Source: Squalus acanthias (lineage: Eukaryota). From it: DNA of 64,000 nucleotides. Location of the stretch: NCBI GenBank assembly GCA_030390025.1, contig CM059432.1, forward strand, positions 139,316,001 through 139,380,000, read 5' to 3'. The position numbers were made by a program, and so were the translations under genes. This document shows, piece after piece, positions 13,001 through 23,804 of this stretch. The notes under the pieces were generated by a model. It worked only from the letters and a program-made list of their open reading frames with translations. It was not told the DNA's origin and made no database searches. How positions within the stretch are numbered: position 1 is the first letter of the stretch; every line of letters begins with the position of its first letter.

Positions 13001-16000
13001 GCCGAGGACAGAGAGGTCAGAGTGGGAGTGTGGCGGAGAATTAAAATGACAGGCGACCATCAGGGTCACGTTTGCGGACTGAACGGAGATGTTCCGCAAA
13101 GTGATCACCCAATCCGCGTTTTGTATCGCATTCAGCATCAATGCCCATGGTAAACCTCTCCCCTTTGTTCTGTTGCAGTGTTTCCATGTGATCTGGCGAC
13201 TGATGTTCAAAGTGACACCAGTGGCACTCTAAGGAAGTTGCTGGTCTCATTGCTTGAGGTGAGTAGTAATAACACTTTCAACTCTTACTGGCTTGCCAAA
13301 AAATATTAAAAATGCTTCAAGCCGTGAACACTACTTGTTCCTTTCAGTGTGCCCGTTGGAAAAACACTTGATAAATGAATCCCCAACTAACAGGATAGTT
13401 TATAAAATCAAACAACCATGTCTTTATTAAAATAATACTCAATTTTAATGATCATGTAAAACCTCGTTGCAAAAATGTATCGAATCATAGAATGATATAG
13501 CACAGAAGGAGGCCATTCGACCCATCATCCAGATCTTTGAAAGAGCTATCCATTTAGTCCCACTCCCCCTGCTCTTTCCCCTTAGCACAGCAAATGTTTT
13601 CCCTTCAAGTATTTATCCAATTCTCTTTTGAAAGTTACGATTGAATCTGCTTCCACCGCCCTTTCAGGCAGCGCGTTCCAGAACATAACAACAACATGTT
13701 GTGTAAAATAAATTTCCTCATCTCCCCTCTGGTTCCTTTGCCAATAGTATAAAAAGAAAAAAAGAAACTGCAGAGGCTGGAAACCTTGAATAAAAACAGA
13801 AAGTGTTGGAAATGCAAAAACAGATTGATCAGCATCTGAAAGGGAAAAGATAGGTTAAGGTTTCCGGTGTAAGGTCGTCAATAGAACTGAGCACAGTTAG
13901 TACGGAGAGGCCTCTTTCATAGGGCTGAACAGGACTCATCAGGACATTGCCAAGAAAACGGTGCCAAGGGACGTAAACAGCACGTAGGGGATGAAGAATT
14001 CAAATCTACTTAAAAGTTTCAAATGCTTGTTTTCAAATCCCTGCATGGCCTCGCCCCTCCCTATCTCTGTAAACTCCCCCAGCCCGATAACTCTCCGAGA
14101 TCTCTGCGCTCCTCCAATTCTGGCCTCCTGAGCATCCCCGATTTTTAATCGCTCCACCATTGGCGGCCGTGCCTTCAGCTGCCTAAGGCCCTAAGCTCTG
14201 GAATTCCCTCCCTAAACCTCTCTGCTTCTCTACCTCTCTCTCTCTCCTCCCTTAAGACGCTCCTTAAAACCTACCCCTTTGACCAAGCTTTTGGTCGTCT
14301 GCCCTAAGATCTCCTTATGTGGCTCGGTGTCAAATTTTTGTTTGACAACACTTCTGTGCAGCGCCTTGGGATGTTTTACTCTGTTAAAGGCGCTGTATAA
14401 ATACATGTTGTTGTTTCACCAAAAGTCAGTTATTGGTTTTGACCACATATTATCAGACGGGACATGGGAGTGGGGGGCGGAACGGGGGGAGGGTTGGTGG
14501 CGGGGGGGGGTTGGCGGGGTTGGAAGGGTGGGGTGGGGGATTGGAAATGCAGACATTTGTTAGATAGACATTAGAAAGAAAGAGGAGGGAAACAGACATG
14601 AGTCCATAATGTGGAATGTGAATAATATTTGGAGAATCCAGCAGGAAAATAAGGGATACAGTTAAAGCTTGAAGTTGTTGAAGTCAATGTTCAGACTAGA
14701 GGCCTCGTGATGACACAGGAAGAAGATGAGGTACTGCTCCCGAAACCTTGGTTGAGTTTGGTTGGACAATGTGCCTCCCTATGATATTATCAGTAACACA
14801 CCATATGGAAAAACACAAGTGCAAGCTTAAATTCTATTACTCTGGGAATATGGTGCGTTGAGTTCCAACTTGATACACTGTCATGTTTAGTTACAAGCAC
14901 AAACATCTCATCACAAAAAAAAACAGTTTTAACCCACTTCCCGAAAGAAATGAGTTGAATTTTAATCCCTCCCGGTGTCTTGGCCAATATTTATCCCTCA
15001 ACTAACATCACTGAAACAGATTATCTGGTCATTATCTCACTGTTGTTTGTGGGAGCTTTCTGTGTGCAAATTGGAAGCTGCGTTTCCTACATTACAACAG
15101 TGACCACACTTCAAAAGTACTTCATCGGATGTGAAGCACTTTTGGACATCCTGAGGTGGTGAAAGGCGCTATATAAACGTAAATCCTTCTTCTTCAACCC
15201 AACCCAACCCAACCACAGAGAAAAGTCACACTGTCCATTTAGAACGTAAACTAAATGTAGCAAAAACCTGTTTAACATTATTGGTAATTGTGTAAATACA
15301 GGCCGACCGAGATGAGGGGTTCGAAATCGATGAAATCCTGGCTGGACAAGATGCTAAAGAACTGTATGAGGTAATTAAAACCGTGTGCAGTCCACACCGT
15401 ATGAATGATAAGACGTTATTAGCAATCACTTCCTAATCGAAAACTGATTCATGTTCACAGGCTGGAGAAAATCGCTGGGGTACAGATGAACTGGCATTCA
15501 ATACCGTTTTAACCAAAAGAAACTGTGTGCAGTTAAGGGCTACTTTCAAAGCCTATGAAATAGTAAGTCTGACTTGTGTCATTTTGTGCCATTTTCCCTT
15601 TGCTCATTATTAAAATTGTGGGGTGAGTTTAGGACAAGGGGACACAACCTTAAAATCAGAGCCAGGCCATTCAGGAGAGAAGTTAGGATACACTTCTTCA
15701 CACAAAGGGTGGCAGAAGTGTGGAACTCTCTCCCACAAAAAGCAGTAGATGCCAGCTCAATTAATCATTTTTAAATCTGCAATCGATAGATTTTTGCTAG
15801 ACATGGGCAAACAGAGGAGCTTGATCACATGAGATATTTCCAGGTTTCCCCCTCTTTACATTGCTATCATAAAATGGTTTGGCGAAATACATCAACACTA
15901 GGTATTTGCGCATGTGGTAACATATGTAACTTCTCCTCCCTGTGTGATCTCACAGTAGAATCTTACAGCACAGAAGGAGGCCATAAGAACATAATAAGAA

Positions 16001-19000
16001 ATAGGAGCAGGAATAGGCCACTTGGCCCCTCGAGCCTGCTCCGCCAATCAATAAGATCATGGCTGATCTTGGGCTCAAAGCCACTTCTCTGCCCGCTCCC
16101 CATAACCCTTCACTCCCTTATCTTGCAAAAATCTGTCTATCTCCACCTTAAATATATTTAATAACCCAGCCTCCACGGCTCTCTGGGGCAGAGAATTCCA
16201 CAGATTTACGACCCTCTGAGAGATAAATTCCTCCTCATCTCAGTTCTAAAAGGACGACCCTTTATTCTGAAACTATGCCCCCGAGTTCTAGATTTCCCCA
16301 CGAGGGGAAACATCCTCTCTGCATCTACCCTGTCGAGCCCCCTCAGTATCTTATATGTTTCAATAAGATCACCTCTCATTCTTCTAAATTCCAATGAGTA
16401 TAGGCCCAACCTGCTCAACCTTTCTTCATAAGTCAAACCCCCTCATCTCTGGAATTAACCTGGTGAATTCAGCCCATTGTGGCTGTGCTAGCACTTTGGA
16501 AGAAAAAGGAAAGAAAGACTAGCATTTCTGCAGCACCTTTCATGTCCTCAGGACGTCCCAAAACGCTTCACAGCCAATTAACTACATTTTGAAGTGTTGT
16601 CACTGTTGCAATGTAGGAAACGCGGCAGCCAATTTGCGCACAGCAAGCTCCCACAAACAGCAATGTGGTAATGACCAGATCATCTGTTTTGGTGATGTTG
16701 GCTGAGGGATAAATGTTGGCCCAGGACACCGGGGAGAACTCCCCTGCTCTTCTTCGAAATAGTGCCATGGGATATTTTACATCCATCCAAGAGGTCAGAC
16801 GGGACCTCGGTTTAACGTCTCATCCGAATGATGGCACCTCCGACAGTGCAGCACTCCCTCAGTACTGCATTGGGAGTGTCAGCCTAGATTTTGTGCTCAA
16901 GTCTCTGTGAGTGGGACTCGAACCCACAACCTTCTGCCTCAGAGGCGAGTGTGCTACCCACTGAGCCACAGCTGACACCCTAGTAATAGCTACTCACGGA
17001 TTATTTGGAATAATAGGGACTTTAACTGTACTTTCTCTTATTTACACAGCTCCATGGTGCAGACATCGAGGAAGTGGTCAAAAAAGAAGCCTCGGGCGAT
17101 GTGAAGAAGGCCTATCTGACAATCGGTAAAGTATTGAGTCATCGTTGGTAAATAATGTGGACATTTTCAATTCAAACACGATGTGTGAAATTAGTTTTAT
17201 TTTATTTTCACCTTATAAAAAGTTTCAAAATTATGGGATGCATTATCCACATTGGGCATCACAGCCTCAGATATCAGTGCCCAGTAATGCAGGGTATCAA
17301 CACTTAATGCACAGTAGCACTGCAAGTGGGCCATTCAGCCCCTCGAGCCTGTTCCGCCATTCAATTAGATCATGGTTGATCTCTATCTTAACTCCATCTA
17401 CCCGCCTTGGTTCCCTAACCCTTAACACCCTTGCCGAACAAAAATCTATCGATCTCATTATTATTGCTTTGTTCTGTTATGTTGATCATAGTCGTTTGAG
17501 CACCTAAGAAAATGGCCAAATTAAGGCAACACCAGGTAAGTTCAAGGGTCATCTGATACGGTCATGGCTCTCCTCGTGATTTCAGAATTATTTATTTTTT
17601 TACTGTTTCAACAGCAAACAAATGATTAGAGGATGTAGTCTGAAGTACCAGAATTATTTAGACCTCACGAGTCAATCCTTCACGACGTTGCACTTGGGAA
17701 GTCAAGACCAAGTGCAATCTTCAGATGTAATTCGGTCGCCATTTTTAAGTCAATAGTGCCAACACTGGATGGAGGGTGAGCTGACACAGGAAGTGGAGGT
17801 AGCTGCTCCACACTTATTGGCAATTGCGTGACAAGTTTACAGAGGTGCTTTCCATTACAAATGGTGACAAAAGGATGCCATAAAAAAAGATACAGAGGCG
17901 CTGGAGAAGGTGCAAAAAAGATTTACAAGCATGATACTAGAACTAAGAGGCTATAACTATCAGGAAAGACTGAACAGGCTGGGGCTCTTTTCTCTAGAAA
18001 CGAGAAGGCTGAAGGGTGACCTGATAGAGGTCTTTTAAAATTATGATGGGGTTCGAATAGGGTAGACGTAGTGAAGATGTTTCCACTTGTGGGGGAGACC
18101 AGAACTAGGGGCCATAAATATAAGACAGTCACTAATAAATCCAATAAGGAATTCAGGAGAAACTTCTTTCCCCAGAGAGTGGTGAGAATGTGGAACTCGC
18201 TACCACAAGGAGTAGTTGAGGCGAATAGCACAGATGCATTTAAGGGGAAGCTAGATGAGGGAGAAAGGAAAATCACAGAATCCCCACAGTGCAGATAGAG
18301 GCCATTTCGGCCCATCGAGCCTGCACCGACACATATCCCACCCTATCCCCACGTATTTAATCCCCCCTAACACTAAGGGTCAATTTATCATAGCCAAATC
18401 AACCAAACCCGCACATCTTTGGACTGTGGGAGGAAACCGGAGCACCCGGAGGAAACCCACGCAGACACGGGGAGAATGTGCAAACTCCACACAGACAGTC
18501 ACCTGAGGCAGGTTTTGAACCCAGGTCCCTGGCGCTGTGAGGCAACAGTGCTAACCACTATGCCACCGTGTAGAAGGATATGTTTACATGGTGAGATGAA
18601 GCAGGAGTGGGAGGAGGCTCGTGTGGAGCATAAACACCGGCATGGACCAGTTGGGCCCAATGGACTGTTTCTGTGCTGTACATTCGATGTGATTCTGTGT
18701 AAAATATCAGGGGGGTTGTAAAACCAGTGCTCCACCCGATCCCTTGAGTTTCCCACCTGCGAGTTTACTGGCTCATTCACTGCTGGAACAATGATTAGGT
18801 GAAGATTCTGGGAGGTTGTTGGACTCTGTGGCTCAGTGGGTAGCACTCTCACCTCTGAGTCAGAAAGCTGTGGGTTCAAGCTCCACTCCAGAGAGCTGCA
18901 CTGTCGGAGGTGCCGTCTTTCGTGTGAGACGATAAACCGAGGCCCTGTCTGCCTGTCAGGTGGACGTAAAAGATTCCACGGGACTATTTCAAAGAAGAGC

Positions 19001-22000
19001 AGGGGAGTTCTCCCCGGTGTCCTGGCCAATATTTATCTCTCAACCAACATCACATTGCTGTTTGTGGGAGCTTGCTGTGTGCAAATTGGCTGCCGCATTT
19101 CCCACATTACAACAGTGACTGCACTTCAAAAGTAATTCATTGGCTGTAAAGTGCTTTGGGACGTCCTGAGGTCGTGAAAGACGCTACATAAATGCAGGTT
19201 TTTCTTTTCTTTTTCTTCTCCAATTTCAGATCCTCATGAATATCAGTGGGAGGTTTAGGAGGGAATCAAGATACAGTTCAGACAAAGCGGGTGATTTTGC
19301 CAATGGGGAGCTTTTGGAGGCGGGACTCCCACTTGTCGGGTTTTAGTCCCGCCTCCATCAACTTCTGGCCAACCCACGCTATTTTCCCTTGATTGACATT
19401 GTTAAGCCCGCCCAGCGGGCTTAGCAGGCCGATTAAGGGAAAGCTGGTTACAGAGAACGTCAGCGTATGACGTTTCATCTGTCAAAAATTTTTGACAGAT
19501 GAGTTGTCATCGTTTGACAGCTCTGTGAAGCTGTCAAACACTGACATTCTCTGTAGTTTGATGAGTTCTTGAATTCAAGACCTCATCAAAGCTCTTTCTT
19601 TAGCAGAAATTAGATGGTTGTTGCATTGGAGAATGCAACGGCCATCTGTCATCTCTGCCGTGGAGATGCGAGACTCTCCGCATACCCACCGATTGAAGCC
19701 TGCAGGAAGAAACAAAGGTAAGTAAACTTTTTCTGACACTTTCCACTTACCTCACATACTTACCTCTCCACACTTGCACCCATCACTTACCTTCACAGCG
19801 CACTTTTGCACCCCTCCGACCCAATGCTCGCCTCGGTGACCCTGGCGGGGTTCGGAGCCTTCGGGAAGCCCGCACTTATGTGGGCAAAATGGGGATAATC
19901 CTCTTATCTGCCTGTTAACAGGCAGTTAAGTGGCTGTAATCCCCTTCCCGCCTCCAAGGGGATGGGACCTGGCGTGAGTCGGCTACCCGCCTCCTGGAAA
20001 GATGGCATGGAGGCGGGTTGGGGGCGAGTTGGGCATCCACCCCCAGATTCTGCCATTTTCCCGGCAGTCCCGCCTCCTACATACCCGCCTCCCCAGGGCT
20101 GGCAAGATCACGCCCAATGTCTTCAGAGAAGCTATTTTAAATACGAGCTGATGAATCCATAACTCAGCGTTGTCCTATTTTCATCCACCAGTTCAATGTA
20201 CCAAGGATTGCCAAGCATATTTTGTGGAGGTGTTACAAGAGGCGATGAAAGGCGCAGGAAGCAACGAGGACACGCTGATTCGCGTTATCGTATCCCGCTC
20301 AGAGGTAACACGGAAAAATAACTCGGCTTTTTCTCTGATTTCCCAGCAGCAATGTGAAACACGTATGAGAAATGGTTTCACTGATCTGTTTACAACAATC
20401 TAATCACTGTGTTAAAATGTGAATCGTTACCCAGTTAAATCAGAGTCAGTGGGGAAAAAGACCGTCGGCAATCCGTGTGAAAGATCCATTTCTTGAATAT
20501 TAACGTTTTGACCCTGAGCTTCCGATCTCTTGCCATTTTAATTCTCCGTCTCTCTGCCACTCTGATCTCTCTGTCCTCGGTCTCCTACACTGTTCCAATG
20601 AAGCTCCACGAAAGCTCGAGCACCTCATCTTTCGATTAGGCACTTCACAGCCTTCCGGACTCAACATCGAGTTCAACAATTTCAGATCATAACCTCTGCC
20701 CCCATTTTTCCGGACAGCAGGTGCTGGTAATGATCCTGCTGTTGCCATTTACACCTCCTCGAAACCCATCTTTTGTTTCTTTACTTTTCCCATTACCATC
20801 TCCTTTTACCTCGCACCATCAACCCTTTTGTCATTTAATCTACCCCTGCCTTCCACCCTATCACAGACGTTCCCTTTTATTCTTTTCCCCTCGCCGCCCC
20901 CTTTCCCTGCCCCTACACTCGCTTAACACCTGTTGCAGCTCTAACATTTTCCAGTTCTGACGAAAGGTCATCGACCTGAAACGTTAACTCTGTTTCTCTC
21001 TTCACAGATGCTGCCTGACCCGCTGAGTATTCCCAGAATTTCCTGTTTATATTTCAGATAATGTTCCTGCTGTGCTGGCTGAATTTTTTTATTAATCTAT
21101 GACGTATATCTATATATATAAATACATGAGAAACAGAAGCAAGCTCCAATTCCCTACTCTATAATCCTTGCAACATTTAACTCGCTTTGATAGTTTGCTT
21201 CTGGTTAGGTACATGGGGCAGCGGTGAGGGGTGCTGTGGGATACAATGGGGGCGATTTTGCCAGCCCTGGGGAGGCGGGTATGGAGGCGGGAAAATGGCA
21301 GAATTTGGGGGCGGGTGCCCAACCCACTCCCAACCCACCTCCGTGCCATCTTCCCAGGAGGTGGGTAGCCGTCCCGCGCCAGGTCCCGTCTCCTTGGAGG
21401 CGGGAAGGGATTAAAGCCTATTAACTGCCTGTTGACAGGTAGTTAACAGGCAGAAAATAGGATTATCCCCTTTTTGCCCTCACAAGTGCGGGCTTCCCGA
21501 AGGTTCCAAAACCTGCCGGCGAGGCGAGTACTGGGTCTGCGGGGGTCGGGGGGGGGTGCAAAAGTGTGGTGTGAAGGTAAGTGATGGGTGCAAGAGTGTA
21601 GAGGTGAGTATCTGAGGTAAGTGCAAAGTGTTTTTAAAAGTGTACTTACCTTTGTTTCTTCCTGCAGGCTTCAGTCGGTGTGTATGTGGAGAGTCTCGGA
21701 CCTCCATGTTGCAGATGACAGATGGCCGTTGCATTCTCATATGCAACAACCATCTCATTTCTGTAAAAGAAGGAAGTTTGATGAGGTCTTGTATGCAAGA
21801 CCTCATCAAACTGCCGAGAATGTCACTGTTTGATGAAACGTCATACGTTGACGTTCTCTGCAACCGGCTTTCCTTTGATTGGCCTGCTAAGCCCGCTGGG
21901 CGGGCTTAACAAGGCCAATCAGGGGAAAATAGCGTGGGTTGGCCACAAATCGATGGAGGTGGGACATCGACCCGACAAGCAGCAGTCCTGCCTCCAACAC

Positions 22001-23405
22001 GCCCCCATTCACAAAATCGCCCCCATGATTTCACTTGCTCGCTGATCGCTGGTGAAATATGATCACTGCCATGATTGAGATACGGTTTATCTGCCATGGG
22101 CACCCACCACATATTCTCTTTAAACCTACATGTTAGGTAAGTAATTGCAACTAAAAAAAAAATGACTTGTAAATATTAATTATTTTTACGTGTGGATGAC
22201 GGAAGTATCAAGTTCTGGATATTCACGCAATCTTCCCAAACTATAGCCAGATCTTGCTGGAAAAATAACGGTGCGTAAACAACGCACGCCATTATTAATG
22301 CACAAATCGGCCAGCAAGCTCACAGGATTAAGAGATACACCGTGAGTTGCGAATCTCCAGAACTTGTTGGTCGATTTCCGCCGTTCCGTAGTTTGCTTCG
22401 CACAAACGGTATCTCACCCTTAGCCGCCCCGTTATTTTTAAGAACTTGCTGGATTTGCACATTAATTGCCCATTAAACTCGCCACAGAAAGTTAGGGCTG
22501 GTAATTAAGAGCGTAAGTACCTTTTATAAAATGACATGATAATTGTTAATGCAATGCCAATCAACCTCTCTGGCCCAGAAGGGAACAATTTAAACTGTTC
22601 AGTCTCATTCCTGCAGGTAGGAACAGGAGGAGGCCATTCAGCCCCTTGAGCCTGTTCCGCCATGCAATGAGATCATGGCCGATCTGTGATCTAACTCCAT
22701 ATACCCGCCTTTGGCCCATATCCCTTAATACCTTTGGTTCACAAAAACTATCAATCTCCGATTTAAAATTAACAATTGATCCAGCAGGTAGTAAATTCTT
22801 CTTAGAGATTTAAAAATTTAAAATTAAAAATTATTTTTTTTTTCTTACTTTTCCTTTCTGTCTCTTTTTTCTCTCTCTCAACTTTCTTTCCCTCTCTTGC
22901 TGTACCTGGTTTGACTCTAATTCACCCTATTCCCTTCTCCGTCGTTCCTCTGTTTCTTTCTCAATCCTTAAATCTCATTGGTTAAGGAGACAGACTGTTG
23001 GTCCCGTCGTTCACTGAGGTCCCAGGTGTTCCGTTGCCCTCGCCGCGCTGTTATCAGCTCACACTGCAAGCAAGTTACGGCGCAAAGTATTTTTGAGCTG
23101 AAGGGTGAGGGAAAAGTCTAAGTAATAGCGAACACTGCGAGATGCCCCACTCCAGCAAGATCTGGCCTATTTTTTTCTCCGGTGACAAGAGGCTATACAG
23201 CTTCGATACAGACGACAGTTCATGATGCTGATGCCTTAGGATCGCTCGCTATAAAGAAGCTGAACTTAATTTCTTCTTCAAACAGGTTGATCTTCCAACC
23301 ATTAAGGAGAGGTATCAGGAGATGCACAAGATGTCTCTGGCGGAGGCAGTCAAATCTGAGACTTCCGGCGATTTCCAGAAAGTTCTGCTGGCCTTGATAA
23401 AATAA
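3565..23405 (+). CDS. ANXA13: Annexin A13, 5'-partial; nine coding exons 3565-3659, 4868-5038, 10433-10466, 13179-13258, 15302-15370, 15461-15562, 17050-17125, 20192-20304, 23286-23405
   Basis: All introns are GT-AG and phase-compatible. The spliced product has four annexin repeats ([57 protein letters not shown]) and ends [26 protein letters not shown], exon sizes 95/171/34/80/69/102/76/113/120 and adjacency to KLHL38 point to ANXA13. Confidence 0.9.
4048..4480 (+). mobile_element. tRNA-derived DeuSINE (SacSINE1-like)
   Basis: A/B box head GCTCAGTGGGTAGC..GTTCAGGTCCC, Deu-like core GATGAGATGTTAAAC..GATCCCATGGCACT, L2-like tail. Confidence 0.82.
4868..5038 (+). CDS. ANXA13: ANXA13 exon, 171 bp ([12 protein letters not shown]...EILCTRANS)
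   Basis: tctgtag| acceptor, tca|gtatgt donor; repeat 1-2 junction. Confidence 0.93.
5189..5790. mobile_element. Harbinger-type MITE
   Basis: TIR GGGCTGGATTTT; 3-bp flanks ATT/ATA; interrupts a CR1 3' end. Confidence 0.8.
5791..6335 (-). mobile_element. CR1 3' fragment
   Basis: [26 protein letters not shown]. Confidence 0.82.
6365..6972 (-). mobile_element. DeuSINE split by solo LTR
   Basis: Same family as 4048-4480. Confidence 0.82.
6467..6684 (+). mobile_element. Solo LTR (Gypsy, sister family of the 48220-52727 element), inserted in a DeuSINE
   Basis: TG...CA ends, 5-bp TSD GTGAT, TATAAATA and ATTAAA; homologous to 12707-12932 and 61131-61359. Confidence 0.9.
8305..8800. mobile_element. 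Rearranged Penelope-like end fragments in both orientations
   Basis: Family 3' end on the minus strand plus GIY-YIG tail on the plus strand (ORF 8391-8579). Confidence 0.7.
8800..9918 (+). mobile_element. Cluster of CR1 3' fragments
   Basis: [36 protein letters not shown]. Confidence 0.82.
9576..9716. mobile_element. Short internally inverted Penelope-end insertion in a CR1
   Basis: 14-bp TSD ATATTTAAGAAGGA (9562-9575 / 9717-9730). Confidence 0.75.
9918..10345 (+). mobile_element. Penelope-like 3'-end fragment with a small nested CR1 tail
   Basis: Family 3' UTR and degenerate hammerhead at ~10143-10181. Confidence 0.65.
10433..10466 (+). CDS. ANXA13: ANXA13 exon, 34 bp ([11 protein letters not shown])
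   Basis: tttttcag| acceptor, aa|gtaagt donor; phase fits neighbours. Confidence 0.9.
11080..11732 (-). mobile_element. CR1 3' fragment
   Basis: ORF 11222-11782 [22 protein letters not shown]. Confidence 0.88.
12262..13135 (-). mobile_element. Penelope-like 3'-end fragment split by a solo LTR
   Basis: ORF 12902-13210 contains [42 protein letters not shown]. Confidence 0.82.
12707..12932 (-). mobile_element. Solo LTR, same family, inserted in a Penelope 3' fragment
   Basis: TG...CA ends, 5-bp TSD GTACC. Confidence 0.9.
13179..13258 (+). CDS. ANXA13: ANXA13 exon, 80 bp ([27 protein letters not shown])
   Basis: tgttgcag| acceptor, gag|gtgagt donor; SDTSG motif. Confidence 0.92.
13485..13745 (-). 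mobile_element. CR1 3' tail
   Basis: Same 3' sequence as 5800-6010 and 45700-45980. Confidence 0.7.
14025..14415 (+). mobile_element. L2-clade LINE 3' end
   Basis: Homologous to 54630-55010. Confidence 0.82.
15302..15370 (+). CDS. ANXA13: ANXA13 exon, 69 bp ([23 protein letters not shown])
   Basis: atacag| acceptor, gag|gtaatt donor. Confidence 0.92.
15461..15562 (+). CDS. ANXA13: ANXA13 exon, 102 bp ([14 protein letters not shown]...FKAYEI)
   Basis: ttcacag| acceptor after a 90-bp intron, ata|gtaagt donor. Confidence 0.93.
15615..16470. mobile_element. CR1 3' fragments (15615-15800 on +; 15985-16470 on -)
   Basis: [32 protein letters not shown]. Confidence 0.8.
16510..16976 (-). mobile_element. 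DeuSINE, full length
   Basis: Same family. Confidence 0.85.
17050..17125 (+). CDS. ANXA13: ANXA13 exon, 76 bp ([25 protein letters not shown])
   Basis: ttacacag| acceptor, g|gtaaag donor. Confidence 0.92.
17872..18700 (+). mobile_element. CR1 3' fragment interrupted by an HE1-type SINE
   Basis: [26 protein letters not shown]. Confidence 0.8.
18272..18570 (-). mobile_element. HE1-type V-SINE
   Basis: tRNA head GGTGGCATAGTGGTTAGCACTG..GGTTCAAA plus V-domain TGTGTGGAGTTTGCACATTCTCCCCGTGTCTGCGTGGGTTTCCTCCGGGTGCTCCGGTTTCCTCCCAC. Confidence 0.88.
18826..19215 (+). mobile_element. DeuSINE
   Basis: Same family. Confidence 0.82.
19287..20115 (+). mobile_element. Harbinger-type MITE (family shared with 21248-22024 and 42012-42859)
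   Basis: Degenerate 12-bp TIRs; internal homology to the other copies. Confidence 0.8.
20192..20304 (+). CDS. ANXA13: ANXA13 exon, 113 bp ([11 protein letters not shown]...IRVIVSRSE)
   Basis: ccaccag| acceptor, gag|gtaaca donor; repeat 4. Confidence 0.93.
20515..21058 (+). mobile_element. Penelope-like 3'-end fragment (GIY-YIG tail, 3' UTR, hammerhead)
   Basis: [28 protein letters not shown] remnant followed by the family 3' end. Confidence 0.8.
20953..20989 (+). ncRNA. Minimal type I hammerhead motif (second Penelope family), sense to the ANXA13 pre-mRNA
   Basis: AGTT-CTGACGA-a-AGGTC ATC GACCT-GAAAC-GTT-AACT. Confidence 0.65.
21248..22024 (-). mobile_element. Harbinger-type MITE, inverted relative to 19287-20115
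   Basis: TIR GGGGGCGATTTT at both ends. Confidence 0.82.
22245..23167 (+). mobile_element. Second MITE family (16-bp TIR, 3-bp TSD) with a nested CR1 3' tail at 22621-22783
   Basis: TIR (A/G)GCCAGATCTTGCTGG; TSD TAT; nested insert TSD GCAGGTAG. Confidence 0.82.
23286..23405 (+). CDS. ANXA13: ANXA13 last coding exon, 120 bp ([12 protein letters not shown]...[16 protein letters not shown])
   Basis: aaacag| acceptor; TAA at 23403-23405. Confidence 0.93.
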   Translation, partial: VDLPTIKERYQEMHKMSLAEAVKSETSGDFQKVLLALIK

Positions 23406-23804
23406 GAGGCATTTGAACCTGGGACGCTTTTCTAATCAACGTGCTTCAGGATCCTATGTTCAGTGATATGCAGTGTACAAACCCATGTTGGTTATAAGAT
23501 TTGACTTGTACATCAGTACGATACCATCATAAATTATTGCTTTTTAAAAAAATATCGTAAAGTTATTTCTTTTTTTAAAATGGACCATTTTGGATAAATA
23601 CTTGAAGGGCTAAAATTTGCATGGGCTATGGGGAAGGAGCAGAGGAGTGGGACTAGTTGGATAGCTCTACCAAAGAGCCGGCACAGGCTCGATGGGCCGA
23701 ATGGCCTCCTCCTGTGCTGTATTATTCTATGATTCTATGATTAGGACAAATGCACATGGATCCAAAATGCTTTCCATCTTATTAGTATTGGTTGTAATAT
23801 TTTA

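Noticed and set aside
20249..20268. Annexin loop variants GAGSNE (repeat 4) and GAGTHE (repeat 2) as loss of calcium binding
   Set aside because: The GxG loop and downstream acidic cap residues (SDTSG, SETSG) are retained; within normal annexin variation.
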